Below, in pieces: positions 1-10,368 of a stretch of DNA of 64,000 bases. The stretch comes from an uncultured Clostridia bacterium (GTDB lineage: Bacteria; Bacillota; Clostridia; Christensenellales; UBA1242). The notes under the pieces were generated by a model, which made no database searches, had not been told where the DNA came from, and saw only the letters and a program-made list of their open reading frames with translations. A program made the position numbers and the translations under genes. Location of the stretch: positions 46,910 to 110,909 of the forward strand of contig CAKNIB010000002.1 in NCBI GenBank assembly GCA_930979925.1. The letters are read 5' to 3'. Each line of letters starts with the position of its first letter. Positions within the stretch are counted from its first letter, which is position 1.

Positions 1-44
1 TGAGATGGCTTTATTTTAGGAATAGTTATAGTATATCCTATTCG

Positions 45-89
45 CAAAAATATACAAGAATAACACTTATTTCATTCGTGTTATTCTTG
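45..89 (-). terminator. Intrinsic terminator candidate
   Basis: Perfect 12-bp stem caagaataacac/gtgttattcttg (55-89), followed on the minus strand by a T-rich run (46-54). Confidence 0.5.
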
Positions 90-104
90 CGTGCCTAAAA
101 AAGA

Positions 105-291
105 AGACTAGATTTGCTCTAGTCTCAGAGTGTAGACAATTTATCAGACTGTAGAAAAACAAGCGTAGGCTTGCGCTCGGAAAATGCCCAAAGCCAGGAG
201 TTTAGTAAACCTAAATGACTGGTTTTGGGCGTTTTACAGTAAACATAGCATTGCGACGTTTTTCTGCAGTCTGAGACTAGATTTGCTCTAG
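105..291. repeat. MITE-like palindromic element flanked by an 18-bp direct repeat
   Basis: agactagatttgctctag occurs at 105-122 and 274-291. Internal terminal inverted repeats are cagactgtagaaaaac ... gtttttctgcagtctg. About 45 nt are shared with the element at 33320-33533. Confidence 0.5.
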
Positions 292-309
292 CCTCTTGCT
301 TTCTAATAA

Positions 310-684
310 TTAATCTACTTTATCTTCTTTCTCTTCTATTACTTCAACCTTTTTGTCCTTCTTGCAAAAATCAATGATTGCAAAGACTGCGTAAACAATT
401 ACTTCTGCAATTATAGAGAGTGAAGTTATCCAAGTAAAGGCGTCTCTTGCTCCGGCGCTAACAGTATCTGCTATCGACATACAAGCAGAGTATACTGCAA
501 GAAATGCTGCAATTATGGTAAAGATTACTGTGATGATAAAGGCTTTTTTAGCTGTCTTTTTTAGTTCTTCATCGTTGCTTTTAACTATTGCATAACCTCC
601 AACAATTGCAAAAGCAACAATACTAAGATAGCCACTTATCCAAATAAGTAATTTTTTCCAGCGATTTGACCAACCTTCTTTCAT
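310..684 (-). CDS. Small multi-pass membrane protein, function unknown
   Basis: ORF with hydrophobic segments. Start moved to the internal ATG (MKEGW...), which is preceded by AAAGGAGG. Confidence 0.6.
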   Translation of the reverse strand: MKEGWSNRWKKLLIWISGYLSIVAFAIVGGYAIVKSNDEELKKTAKKAFIITVIFTIIAAFLAVYSACMSIADTVSAGARDAFTWITSLSIIAEVIVYAVFAIIDFCKKDKKVEVIEEKEDKVD

Positions 685-825
685 AAAACCTCCTTTAATC
701 TTATATTCCAATTTTTATAATATTGTACAATAAAATTAACACATTGTCAAAAGAATCTATACATTTAAGAATTCTATTGTAAAAATAATAAAAAATAGGT
801 ATTAAAAGTTAATACCTATTTATTT

Positions 826-906
<81 letters not shown>

Positions 907-1060
907 AACATTTTTAATGCTCTTAAAGATTAACATATTTTAAAGATTTTGTCAATAGATTTTCAAAGATTTTTGAGAAATCTATATAAAATAATTTATT
1001 TTTAAAATAAAAAATTTTAAATTAATCGTTTTTATTAAATATTTGGTTCTATGATGGATA

Positions 1061-1507
1061 TTACAACTCTTTGCTGTCTAAAATTATTGTGACTGGACCA
1101 TCGTTTAGAATATCTATCTTCATATCGGCTCCAAAAACACCTGTTTTTACAACAATATTTTCATTTTCTAGCAAAGATTTTGCCTCTATGTAAAGTTGGT
1201 TTGCACGGTCTGGCTTTTCTGCCATAATAAAGCTTGGTCGGTTGCCATGTTTGCAGTCACCATAGAGAGTAAATTGGCTTACTAGTAAAATTTGACCGCC
1301 AACCTCTTTGATTGAAAGGTTCATTTTGCCATTTTCATCTTCAAAAATACGTAATTTGGAGATCTTTTGACAAATTTTGTTCAAATCCTCCTCATTGTCA
1401 CCTTGTCCAACACCTAAAAAGACAACAAGACCTTTTTCAATCTCTGAAATAAGTTTTCCGTCTACTTTAAGTGATGCGGATAGTGCTCTCTGTACAACTG
1501 CTTTCAT
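1061..1507 (-). CDS. dtd: D-aminoacyl-tRNA deacylase
   Basis: 148 aa, MKAVVQR..., with SQFTLY and NDGPVT motifs typical of Dtd. Confidence 0.9.
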   Translation of the reverse strand: MKAVVQRALSASLKVDGKLISEIEKGLVVFLGVGQGDNEEDLNKICQKISKLRIFEDENGKMNLSIKEVGGQILLVSQFTLYGDCKHGNRPSFIMAEKPDRANQLYIEAKSLLENENIVVKTGVFGADMKIDILNDGPVTIILDSKEL

Positions 1508-2001
1508 TATTCACCTTTATCCCCATGAAAAATAATATGTTCTGTGTTAAAATCTCTATTTTTTAATTTATTTTTTATTGCAAGTGGTAAAAAGTCGTAA
1601 CTATCTATTTTATCAAGTGAAAGCCATCTATAATTCATATTGATAAGTTTTCCATTATCATTTTCAATAAGCGAAAAATCTTTTTGTTTGCTTTCATATA
1701 TTTTGTCTGCTCTTAATAAATAAAAAAAACTTAACTCATGGTAAAGAACCTCGCTTTCGTAAAAATTTTCAACAATAGCAACCAGTTTTTCTATTTTAAC
1801 ACTTATTCCAGTTTCCTCTTTATATTCTCGTTCCATGGCTTGCATGGTATCCTCACCTATCATAACATGACCTCCAGGACAACACATAAAGCCCATTTTA
1901 TTCATCTCTACTGCAAGCATTTTGTCATTATTTAACAAAATACCATTAACTCTAAATTTAAATCTTTCGCTCTTCTCCTTGTCAAATAGTTTTATATCCA
2001 T
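1507..2001 (-). CDS. NUDIX hydrolase
   Basis: Nudix box [24 protein letters not shown]. Start set at MDIKL, preceded by GGGAGG. Confidence 0.8.
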   Translation of the reverse strand: MDIKLFDKEKSERFKFRVNGILLNNDKMLAVEMNKMGFMCCPGGHVMIGEDTMQAMEREYKEETGISVKIEKLVAIVENFYESEVLYHELSFFYLLRADKIYESKQKDFSLIENDNGKLINMNYRWLSLDKIDSYDFLPLAIKNKLKNRDFNTEHIIFHGDKGE

Positions 2002-2110
2002 GTGCAACCTCCCACTATAGTTATACATAAATAAATAACATAAATCAAGCAAAAATATCCATGCCAAGAAAAAAGGAGCGATTGTTGCTCCTAAAATTTA
2101 CGTTTTATTT

Positions 2111-2689
2111 CTATAAAACATGTAAATCGTTAAGTAATTTTTCCGTTTCGCGCCAGTCTTTTGCTCTAAGACCGTTATATCTTGTATCTTCTTTATTATA
2201 TTTTGTTTCCATCAAAATTGTTGGTAGAGACAAAGGTTCCAGCCCTTTGAGCACAGATACTGAGTCGTCAATAAAACAGCCAATGTTTGCTTGTCGGCAA
2301 GCGTCACTCTTTTCAAACTGCTCTACTAAAAGCTCGTCAAAAGGTATATTATATTTTTTAAGCCATTCTTCCGATATCTTGTAAGGTTCCCTGCACCATG
2401 CAACTGACCTTGCAGTTATGATATAAATTTTATTGCCTTGTTGCTTGAGTTTTGACACAATCTCACTTGCACCTTCCTTTGCAGGAACATCCACGTGTAA
2501 TGTTTCACAGTTTGCAAGATAAAACTGTCTGCAAATTTCACTGTCCCAGTCAAACATATCAATGACCATGCTGGCTTTTGGGTTAACTAGTTTATATGGA
2601 AGGTCATTTTTCTTTATATATGCTTTAGCCAACCTTTCTATATCCAATGATTGAGTTAAAGTACCATCAATATCAATTCCTATATTCAT
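2111..2689 (-). CDS. HAD-superfamily hydrolase (5-prime(3-prime)-deoxyribonucleotidase-like)
   Basis: N-terminal DIDGTLT motif, then ITAR and DD motifs. Confidence 0.65.
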   Translation of the reverse strand: MNIGIDIDGTLTQSLDIERLAKAYIKKNDLPYKLVNPKASMVIDMFDWDSEICRQFYLANCETLHVDVPAKEGASEIVSKLKQQGNKIYIITARSVAWCREPYKISEEWLKKYNIPFDELLVEQFEKSDACRQANIGCFIDDSVSVLKGLEPLSLPTILMETKYNKEDTRYNGLRAKDWRETEKLLNDLHVL

Positions 2690-3202
2690 CTAATTTTCCT
2701 TTTCCATCTCTTCGAGTTGAGCGCTGTAGTCTTTTCTTTTGTTTAAAAGTGAAGAACCAACTATGGTAAAAGTTGTCAAGGCACCAAAGGCAAGTAAACT
2801 CATTGCTCCCGCTGTGATTAACCAGTTTTTTGCATTTTCATCATGTGCTTGATAGTTAAAAGTATATGGAGTTGATGTGGATTTTAAAATTTCCTCAGTG
2901 TTTTGATGTGAGGTAATACGATCAAGCTCTTGAGAAAGTAAGGCAGGATCCTGTCCATATTTTTCCATAGCCTCGTTAGTCTGAGCGGAGATTTCTGTTT
3001 GATAGACTTCTAAAGTTTTGAAATCTTCAAGAACATCGTTTCCTTTCTTTATTTCAAACATTGATGCCCCAACGGCTGTGGAAAATCCTGACATCCCAAT
3101 TAAAAATATTATTACAGATGTGATTTCTGCTCTTTTAAAATTTTTGTTTGTTTTGCGAACAGCTTCTCTAGCCTCTGCTACAGTTTCTAGTGATTTTTTC
3201 AT
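2690..3202 (-). CDS. Hypothetical membrane-anchored protein
   Basis: 170-aa ORF with two hydrophobic segments. Abuts the downstream gene. No family recognised. Confidence 0.5.
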   Translation of the reverse strand: MKKSLETVAEAREAVRKTNKNFKRAEITSVIIFLIGMSGFSTAVGASMFEIKKGNDVLEDFKTLEVYQTEISAQTNEAMEKYGQDPALLSQELDRITSHQNTEEILKSTSTPYTFNYQAHDENAKNWLITAGAMSLLAFGALTTFTIVGSSLLNKRKDYSAQLEEMEKEN

Positions 3203-3285
3203 AAAAATCCCCCTTATATGTGAAATATTATACCATAAAAATCCCGTTTGTCAATACCTTTGAAAAAGCAAATACATAATCAGCA

Positions 3286-3320
3286 ACAAAAAAATCGCTA
3301 CCTTAAAAGTAACGATTTTT
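3286..3320 (-). terminator. Intrinsic terminator after rplQ
   Basis: The minus strand reads aaaatcgttac-ttttaag-gtagcgatttt followed by a T-run. Confidence 0.55.
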
Positions 3321-3336
3321 AACTATTTTAATTCGC

Positions 3337-3846
3337 TTAAATTAATTCTACGATTGCCATCTCAGCGCTATCGCCTCTACGTTGACCTAGCTTGATTATT
3401 CTAGTATAACCGCCAGCCTGTCCGAGTTCTTTTATTCTAGCAGCGTATTTTGGTGCATAGAGGTTGAAAATCTTTTCAAGTAATGGATGGTTGATACCTT
3501 GTGTTCTAGCCTCAAATGCCTCAAGAGACTCTTTTGGCTTTCTTTGTTCTTGTCTATCCATTACATAAGCCATGATAGCACGGCGTGCTTGCAATTTCTT
3601 TGGTCCATCGTTAGAAACAGTTTTCTTAACTTTAACACCCTTTTCATCCTTAATCTCTTTTGTAGCCTTAGCTATATCCTCATAAGAGTTGATAGCAAGG
3701 GTTAAAATCTTTTCTGCTTGACTTCTAACTGCCTTAGCTTTAGCAAGAGTAGTTTCAACCTTTCCAAACCACAAAAGGTCGGAAACAAGTCCACGTAACA
3801 TAGAATTTTTTTCTTTACTTGGTCTACCTAATTTTGCATTAGCCAT
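3337..3846 (-). CDS. rplQ: 50S ribosomal protein L17 (long form)
   Basis: L17 N- and C-terminal blocks with an internal insertion. Sits after rpoA. Confidence 0.9.
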   Translation of the reverse strand: MANAKLGRPSKEKNSMLRGLVSDLLWFGKVETTLAKAKAVRSQAEKILTLAINSYEDIAKATKEIKDEKGVKVKKTVSNDGPKKLQARRAIMAYVMDRQEQRKPKESLEAFEARTQGINHPLLEKIFNLYAPKYAARIKELGQAGGYTRIIKLGQRRGDSAEMAIVELI

Positions 3847-3867
3847 TATATTTCTCCTTTATAAAGT

Positions 3868-4818
3868 TTAGTCTTCGTCTTTGCGAAGTGAAAGTCCATA
3901 ACTTTCAAGTTTTGCAATAACCTCGTCTATAGACTTGATACCAAGGTTTTTAACCTTAAGCATATCGCCTCTTGACTTTTTGATGAGGTCTTCAACTGTG
4001 TTGATACCTGCTCTCTTTAAGCAGTTATATGATCGAACAGAAAGATCCATTTCCTCAATAGGAAGCTCAAGTAATTTTACCTGTTTATCCTCTTCGCGAG
4101 AAACCAAGATATTGCTGTTTGCAATTTGAGCGCAAAGCTCTACAAATAGATTTACGTGCTCCATGATAATCTTGCCTGCAAGAGAAACAATCTCTCTAGC
4201 TGAAGTTGTACCATTGGTTTCAACTTCTAAGGTAAGTTTATCAAAGTTAACGCTTTGACCTACACGGGTTGCCTCAACATTGAAATTAACACGTTTAACA
4301 GGTGAGAAAAGTGAGTCAATAGCGATATAGTCGATATCGTCAAACTTTTCTTTGTTTAAGGTATTTGGAACATATCCTCTACCATTGCCAACCATAAGGT
4401 CAAGGTCAAGCACGGCGCCGTCATCCATAGTGCAGATATGCAAATCTGGATTTAAGATTTCAACATCGCTGTTATCTTCAAAATCTCTAGCTGTAACTTC
4501 GCCTGCACCAGTTTTTCTTATGTGCAAATAAGTAACATAGTCACGGCTTTGGTCTTTGCATTTAAGAGCAAGACCTTTTAAGTTTAAGATTATGTCAACG
4601 ACGTCTTCGGTAACTCCTCTAATTGTTGAAAACTCGTGAGCTACGCCAGCAATTCTTACAGCAATTCCAGCTGAGCCTGGAAGAGATGAGAGAAGTGTTC
4701 TTCTCATAGCGTTTCCAAGAGTAATTCCATATCCTTTTTCAAGTGGCTCAACAACAAACTTTGCATAAGAGCCATTGTCAGTCTCTTCACAAGAGATTCT
4801 AGGTCTTTCCATTTCCAT
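3868..4818 (-). CDS. rpoA: DNA-directed RNA polymerase subunit alpha
   Basis: 316 aa with NTD and CTD blocks (GNAMRR, SVRSYNCLK). Confidence 0.97.
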   Translation of the reverse strand: MEMERPRISCEETDNGSYAKFVVEPLEKGYGITLGNAMRRTLLSSLPGSAGIAVRIAGVAHEFSTIRGVTEDVVDIILNLKGLALKCKDQSRDYVTYLHIRKTGAGEVTARDFEDNSDVEILNPDLHICTMDDGAVLDLDLMVGNGRGYVPNTLNKEKFDDIDYIAIDSLFSPVKRVNFNVEATRVGQSVNFDKLTLEVETNGTTSAREIVSLAGKIIMEHVNLFVELCAQIANSNILVSREEDKQVKLLELPIEEMDLSVRSYNCLKRAGINTVEDLIKKSRGDMLKVKNLGIKSIDEVIAKLESYGLSLRKDED

Positions 4819-4836
4819 ATTAATTTTCCTCCGTTA

Positions 4837-5463
4837 TTATCTTGAATAGAACTCGACGATAAGTTGTTCTTTGATATCGGAGTCGATATCTTCTCTGCTA
4901 GGAAGTGCTAAAATTTTCCCAGTGAGAGTGTTTGTGTCGAACTCAAGCCATTTTGGCATAACTGTTTTAACGCCCTTGAGTTCTTTGATATTAGCATTGT
5001 CTTGTTTATTCTCTTTGATACCAATTATATCACCAGCTTTTACTGTGTAAGAAGGTATATCTACGCGTTTGCCGTTTACAGTAATAAGTCCGTGATTTAC
5101 CATCTGACGGCATTGCTTACGGCTTGCGCCAATACCCATTCTATAAACAACGTTATCAAGCCTTCTTTCTATCAAGGTAAGCATAACTTCACCAGTAGCG
5201 CCTTTCATCTTGTTTGCCTTGTCATAGTATTCTCTAAATTGTTTTTCGAGAATTCCATACATTCTTTTAACTTTTTGTTTTTCACGTAATTGTGTGCCGT
5301 ATTCTGAGAATGCTACCCTTCTCTTTGAGTTGCCATGTTGTCCAGGAATAACTGGTCTTCTTTCCATAGCACATTTCTTTGATGTACATCTTTCGCCTTT
5401 AAGGAAGAGTTTGCATCCTTCTCTTCTACACTGACGGCAATCAGGTTCAATAGTTCTTGCCAT
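4837..5463 (-). CDS. rpsD: 30S ribosomal protein S4
   Basis: 208 aa with an S4 N-terminal Cys cluster and an S4 RNA-binding domain. Confidence 0.96.
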   Translation of the reverse strand: MARTIEPDCRQCRREGCKLFLKGERCTSKKCAMERRPVIPGQHGNSKRRVAFSEYGTQLREKQKVKRMYGILEKQFREYYDKANKMKGATGEVMLTLIERRLDNVVYRMGIGASRKQCRQMVNHGLITVNGKRVDIPSYTVKAGDIIGIKENKQDNANIKELKGVKTVMPKWLEFDTNTLTGKILALPSREDIDSDIKEQLIVEFYSR

Positions 5464-5474
5464 GTTCTCTCCTT

Positions 5475-5876
5475 TTATACTCTTCTAACTTTAGGAGGTC
5501 TGCAACCGTTGTGAGCGATTGGAGATACATCCTTAATCATGGTTACATTAAGTTCGCAATTTGCAAGAGAACGGATTGCAAGCTCTCTGCCACTTCCTGG
5601 ACCCTTTACAAATACTTCAACTGACTTAATTCCATGTTCTTTTGCGACTTTTGCAGCGTCTTCTACGCAAGATTGTGCAGCAAATGGAGTGCTTTTCTTA
5701 GAACCTTTAAGTCCAAGTTTCCCTGAGCTACACCAAGATAAAACATTACCATCACAGTCTGTGAAAGTTACGATAGTGTTGTTGAAAGATGTTTTGATAT
5801 GAACTTGTCCAGCAGAGATATTTCTGCTAACTCTTTTCTTAGTTGTCTTTTTGTTTTGTGTATTTTTAGTTGCCAT
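5475..5876 (-). CDS. rpsK: 30S ribosomal protein S11
   Basis: 133 aa with the conserved S11 C-terminus ...[12 protein letters not shown]. Confidence 0.97.
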   Translation of the reverse strand: MATKNTQNKKTTKKRVSRNISAGQVHIKTSFNNTIVTFTDCDGNVLSWCSSGKLGLKGSKKSTPFAAQSCVEDAAKVAKEHGIKSVEVFVKGPGSGRELAIRSLANCELNVTMIKDVSPIAHNGCRPPKVRRV

Positions 5877-5889
5877 TATCTATCTCTCC

Positions 5890-6267
5890 TTATTTACCTT
5901 TCTTAGAACTACCAGCGACAACTTTCTTAGGTCCCTTTCTTGTTCTTGCATTGTTACGAGTGTTTTGTCCTCTAACAGGGAGTCCCTTTCTATGACGAAC
6001 TCCACGATAGCAACCTATTTCGCTTAGTTTCTTAATGTCCATGTCGACTTTTTTACGAAGCTCACCTTCAACGATGAGGTTGTGCTCTATATAATTACGA
6101 AGTTTAGCAACTTGGTCGTCAGTGAGGTCTTTAACGCGGATATCTGCACTGATACCTGTTGCTTCACAGATTTTATTAGAGGTGTCTCTGCCAATACCAT
6201 AGATATAGGTAAGACCAAGCTCTAATCTTTTTTCTCTGGGTAAATCTACACCAGCAATTCTTGCCAT
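5890..6267 (-). CDS. rpsM: 30S ribosomal protein S13
   Basis: [10 protein letters not shown]... N-terminus, 125 aa. Confidence 0.97.
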   Translation of the reverse strand: MARIAGVDLPREKRLELGLTYIYGIGRDTSNKICEATGISADIRVKDLTDDQVAKLRNYIEHNLIVEGELRKKVDMDIKKLSEIGCYRGVRHRKGLPVRGQNTRNNARTRKGPKKVVAGSSKKGK

Positions 6268-6291
6268 TTAACTATTCCTCCATTTTTAATT

Positions 6292-6405
6292 TTAGCCTTG
6301 AACTTGCTTATGTTTTGGGTTTTTGCAGATGACCATAACTTTGCCATCACGCTTTATAACTCTACACTTATCGCAAATTGGCTTAACAGATGCTCTTACT
6401 TTCAT
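6292..6405 (-). CDS. rpmJ: 50S ribosomal protein L36
   Basis: Translated by hand as [37 protein letters not shown]. Not in the ORF track because it is too short. Confidence 0.93.
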   Translation of the reverse strand: MKVRASVKPICDKCRVIKRDGKVMVICKNPKHKQVQG

Positions 6406-6418
6406 TTTTGTCTCCTTT

Positions 6419-6640
6419 TTAACCCTTATCACGCCAAGTAATGCGTCCTTTAGTAAGGTCATAAGGGCTCATCTCGATTGTTACTTTATCACCCTCAAGA
6501 ATTTTAATATAATTTTTTCTTAATTTTCCTGAGAGATAGGTTAATATCTCATGTCCATTTGACAGACGTACTCTAAAGGTGGTATTAGGTAAAACCTCGA
6601 TAACCACTCCTTCAAATTCAATTACATCATCCTTCGACAT
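6419..6640 (-). CDS. infA: Translation initiation factor IF-1
   Basis: 73-aa S1-like fold, ...GRITWRDKG. Confidence 0.96.
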   Translation of the reverse strand: MSKDDVIEFEGVVIEVLPNTTFRVRLSNGHEILTYLSGKLRKNYIKILEGDKVTIEMSPYDLTKGRITWRDKG

Positions 6641-6899
6641 GACTTAACTCCTTTTTGCTTGATAAAAAATTTCTAATTTTAGCATTTAGTCGCGCGTTCT
6701 CGTCAAGAACATCGCTTTCACTTAAACTGTCTGAGCCAAAACGTCTTATATGTTTAAAGCTCTTCTTTTTAGGCTTGTCTTTTTTAAGCCTTTTGCCATC
6801 AGATAGATAAGCGTATCCATCTTCGACTTTGACAATTACAAATAATTGTCCTCTTTCCTTTCCTGCAGTAGCTATAACTACATCTCCAATTTTGTACAT
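6627..6899 (-). CDS. KOW-domain RNA-binding protein
   Basis: [17 protein letters not shown]... KOW motif with a basic tail. Lies between map and infA. Confidence 0.7.
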   Translation of the reverse strand: MYKIGDVVIATAGKERGQLFVIVKVEDGYAYLSDGKRLKKDKPKKKSFKHIRRFGSDSLSESDVLDENARLNAKIRNFLSSKKELSHVEG

Positions 6900-6908
6900 C
6901 TTTTCCTC

Positions 6909-7652
6909 TTATAATGTCAAAATTTCCACGCCATCTTTGGTCACATGGACGGTATTTTCGTAGTGAGCGGAAGCTTTACCATCTCTGGTTACCACTCCCC
7001 AGCCGTCTTCTATTAGCCACACTTCTTTGCGTCCCATGTTAATCATAGGTTCTATTGCAAGACAGGCGTTCTCAGTAATGATTGGTCCGTCAGTCACCTT
7101 GCCATAATTTGGCACATTTGGTGGCTCGTGCATGGACTTACCTATTCCATGTCCTACAAGTTCTCGTACCACCGAAAAACCATTTTTCTCTGCATACTCT
7201 TGTATGGCATGTGAGACCTCGCCTAGTCTATGACCTACTTTAAGATGTTTGATACCTTCAAAAAAGCATTGCTTAGTGACTTCAATCAGCTTTGCCTTTT
7301 CTTCAGATATCTTTCCAACAGGAAAGGTACGTGTTGCATCACCGTGGTAGCCTTTGTAGTTAACTACAAGATCTACACTGATGATATCTCCCTCTTTTAA
7401 GATGACATGATCGCTTGGAATGCCATGCACTACCATATCGTTTACCGATGCGCAGATAGTTGCTGGGTAGCCTTCATATCCCTTGCAAGCTGGGAGTCCA
7501 CCACTATTAATTATAAACTTTTCTACGAGATTGTCAAGTTCTTTTGTTGAAATACCTGGTTTTATCAGTTTTTCACAGAAGTATAAGGCGTCACGAGTTA
7601 TCTCTCCCGCCTTTTTCATAAGCACAATCTCGGCTGGAGATAGGTTATTCAA
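6909..7652 (-). CDS. map: Type I methionine aminopeptidase
   Basis: 247 aa with metal-ligand blocks (DLVVNYKGYHGD, HGIG, EP, E). Confidence 0.95.
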   Translation of the reverse strand: MNNLSPAEIVLMKKAGEITRDALYFCEKLIKPGISTKELDNLVEKFIINSGGLPACKGYEGYPATICASVNDMVVHGIPSDHVILKEGDIISVDLVVNYKGYHGDATRTFPVGKISEEKAKLIEVTKQCFFEGIKHLKVGHRLGEVSHAIQEYAEKNGFSVVRELVGHGIGKSMHEPPNVPNYGKVTDGPIITENACLAIEPMINMGRKEVWLIEDGWGVVTRDGKASAHYENTVHVTKDGVEILTL

Positions 7653-8277
7653 CTCCTGCCTCCAAATCCCTAAGAAAAGCTTTTACCGGCTCGTAAGTCT
7701 CTTCTGGCGTTCCTGCTGAAGAAACCTTAAATAGCCTATCACTGTAGAAGTTTATGAGTGGTGCAGTATTTTCTTCATAAACTTCCAGACGATGTCTAAT
7801 TGTTTCAGGCTTATCGTCATCGCGCTGTATAAGTGGAGAATTACATTTAAAGCAGAAACCAGTGTTGTTGTCGTCTGTTGAGTAGATTTCTCCACAATTT
7901 GAGCAGGTTCTTCTTGATGAAAGTCTTTCAACGATGGTGTCGTGAGAGAGCTCTACCAAGATAACGCTGTCTATTTGAGAGATTTTCTCAAGTGCCTCTG
8001 CTTGAGGAACTGTTCTTGGGAAGCCATCTAATATAAAGCCTTTTTTGCAGTCATCTTGAGAAATTCTGTTCTTTACCATTTCAACTGTGATTTCATCTGG
8101 CACAAGTCCGCCACTTTTCATAATCTCTTTGACCTTGTTTGCAAAAGGATTATCTTCTCTGACGATTGCACGGAATAAATCGCCTGTTGAAATCTGTGGA
8201 ATATTAAAATCTCTTGAAATCTTTTTTGCCAGTGTGCCTTTTCCGCTTCCTGGCGCTCCTAAAAGGATTATCTTCAT
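7645..8277 (-). CDS. adk: Adenylate kinase
   Basis: GAPGSGKGT P-loop and a CxxC...CxxC zinc lid. Confidence 0.96.
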   Translation of the reverse strand: MKIILLGAPGSGKGTLAKKISRDFNIPQISTGDLFRAIVREDNPFANKVKEIMKSGGLVPDEITVEMVKNRISQDDCKKGFILDGFPRTVPQAEALEKISQIDSVILVELSHDTIVERLSSRRTCSNCGEIYSTDDNNTGFCFKCNSPLIQRDDDKPETIRHRLEVYEENTAPLINFYSDRLFKVSSAGTPEETYEPVKAFLRDLEAGVE

Positions 8278-8404
8278 ATAAACTCCTTATCTCTCAAAAA
8301 TATTGATTAGCTAGGACAGACTTTTTCTGCCCTAGCCTTTCTATGCTTCTTCAGTAAAATACTGTTTAAGCCAAATAATATTTATGTTATAACAAAATTT
8401 TTTG

Positions 8405-9706
8405 TTAACTTAAGAAACCTTTGTGATTTCTTACAAACATCTGAGCTGAAAGTTGTTTTTCAAGTTCTAATGCAACTGAAACTACAATCATAAGACCGGT
8501 TGTAGAGAAGGCATTGATTAGTATTGCCGCGCCCGATGCATCACCTATCGCCTTAAAGGCAAGTGATGGGATGAGGGCTATTACTGCAAGGAATATAGCT
8601 CCGAAAAGTGTTATTCTCTTAGAAATCTTGCCTAAATACTCAGCTGTTGGTTTGCCTGCTCTAATTCCTGGAATAAATCCGCCTTGTTGTTGCAATCTCT
8701 TGCTGATATCGTCTGGGTCGAAGGATATCTTAGAGTAGAAGAAGGCAAATACAAGGATGAGCAGAGCTGTAAGAACGATGTATAGCCATGAGTTTGTACC
8801 AAGCCAGTCGCTATACCAAGTAACGTCTGGCCAGAATATAGAAATTATAAGTTGTGGGAAGGTTAAAAGTGCACTTGCAAAGATTATTGGCATAACGCCG
8901 GTAGCGTTGAGTTTGATTGGGATGTGTTGGCTTTGACCGCCATACATCTTGTTACCTTTAATTTGCTTTGCATATTGTACTCGTACTCTTTCTTCGGCAC
9001 CGTCCATAAAGACGATAAGTGCAAAGATAAGAACTAAAGCTACAATAAACAGAACTAAATACCAAATGTATGTGATATCAACAGTACATTGCTCAATGAT
9101 TGCTGCAACTGATGTGCCTGCTGATGATAGAATACCTACAAAGATAAGAAGGCTGGTACCATTTCCTATTCCAAGGTCGGTAATTCTTTCGCCAATCCAA
9201 ACGGTAAACATTGAACCTGCAACCATGATGATAACCATACCACATCCTACAAGCCAAGCTGGGATGGCTGATGTAAGAACGCTGTCCATTGCCTCGCCTG
9301 CATAACCTACAACTATACCAACAGCCTGAGCTATTGCAAGTATAAGGGCTGCAATACGAGTGTAAAGGCTAAGCTTTCTTCTGCCATCTTCACCACTCTT
9401 TGAAAGTCTTTCAAGGGCTGGAATAGCCACTGTTAAAAGCTGTATTACGATTGATGCTGTGATATAAGGTGAAACACCTAGTGCTAGAACGGAACAATTG
9501 GCTAGCGCACCACCGCTGACCATGTTCATAAGTTCAAAGAAGCCAAAGGTTGTACTGGAGTCTGCGCTACCAAGAGCGAACGCTGGGTCAAAGCCCACGC
9601 ATGGTATCCAGCAACCTACTCTATAAATGAAAAGAAGAAGGAGGGTGATTAAAATCTTATTCCTAATTTCTTTCACTTTAAATGCGTCAATAATCGTTTT
9701 AAACAT
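8405..9706 (-). CDS. secY: Preprotein translocase subunit SecY
   Basis: 433-aa, 10-TM protein in the spc operon position. Confidence 0.96.
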   Translation of the reverse strand: MFKTIIDAFKVKEIRNKILITLLLLFIYRVGCWIPCVGFDPAFALGSADSSTTFGFFELMNMVSGGALANCSVLALGVSPYITASIVIQLLTVAIPALERLSKSGEDGRRKLSLYTRIAALILAIAQAVGIVVGYAGEAMDSVLTSAIPAWLVGCGMVIIMVAGSMFTVWIGERITDLGIGNGTSLLIFVGILSSAGTSVAAIIEQCTVDITYIWYLVLFIVALVLIFALIVFMDGAEERVRVQYAKQIKGNKMYGGQSQHIPIKLNATGVMPIIFASALLTFPQLIISIFWPDVTWYSDWLGTNSWLYIVLTALLILVFAFFYSKISFDPDDISKRLQQQGGFIPGIRAGKPTAEYLGKISKRITLFGAIFLAVIALIPSLAFKAIGDASGAAILINAFSTTGLMIVVSVALELEKQLSAQMFVRNHKGFLS

Positions 9707-9707
9707 T

Positions 9708-10154
9708 TTACAGCTCCTCTACTTTTCCACCAACTTTTTCTATCTTCTCTCTTGCCTGTTTTGTAAATTTCTTTGCTCTTACTGTGAGAGGTTTTGTAAG
9801 CTCTCCATCGCCGAGAACTTTAAGTCCCCACTCACTGCGTTTTCCTATAAATCTTGTTGTATAAAGAAGTTCTTGGTCAATAACCGCATTTGCTTCAAAA
9901 GCCTCAAGGTCGCCAACGTTGACACAAGCATATCTCTTAGAGAAATTCTTGTTGTTAAAGCCACGAATTGGCACCTTTCTAATCATAGGAATATTTCCGC
10001 CTTCAAAGCCAGGTCTAACTCCACCGCCACTACGAGCGTTTTGTCCTTTGTGACCTCTACCGCTGGTTTTACCTATTCCACTTCCAACGCCACGACCAAC
10101 TCTAACCTTTTTGGTTGTTGCGCCTTTAGCTGGTTTTAAATTTTCAAGTTCCAT
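9708..10154 (-). CDS. rplO: 50S ribosomal protein L15
   Basis: 148 aa with a Gly/Arg-rich L15 N-terminus. Confidence 0.95.
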   Translation of the reverse strand: MELENLKPAKGATTKKVRVGRGVGSGIGKTSGRGHKGQNARSGGGVRPGFEGGNIPMIRKVPIRGFNNKNFSKRYACVNVGDLEAFEANAVIDQELLYTTRFIGKRSEWGLKVLGDGELTKPLTVRAKKFTKQAREKIEKVGGKVEEL

Positions 10155-10163
10155 TTTGACCTC

Positions 10164-10358
10164 CTATTTAACCTCTTCCACTTTTACAAGGTGAGCCACA
10201 TGGTGAAGGCTACCTCTAATGGAAGCATTGTCAGGGAGCATTCTAGTTTGACCTAGTTTTTTAAAGCCAAGAGCCTCTATAATGAGGGCTTGTTTTGCAT
10301 TATAACCAATGCAACTACGAGTCCAGGTAACTTTTAGCATTTTTTCTTTGTTTGCCAT
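10164..10358 (-). CDS. rpmD: 50S ribosomal protein L30
   Basis: Start trimmed to MANKEKMLKVT..., just after the rpsE stop. Confidence 0.9.
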   Translation of the reverse strand: MANKEKMLKVTWTRSCIGYNAKQALIIEALGFKKLGQTRMLPDNASIRGSLHHVAHLVKVEEVK

Positions 10359-10368
10359 TTTTGCCCTC

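Noticed and set aside
8300-8345. Hairpin gctaggacaga...tctgccctagc between secY and adk as a terminator
   Set aside because: It lies inside a superoperon and has no adjacent T-run on the minus strand. It is more likely a processing or stability element, or neutral. The evidence is insufficient to annotate it.
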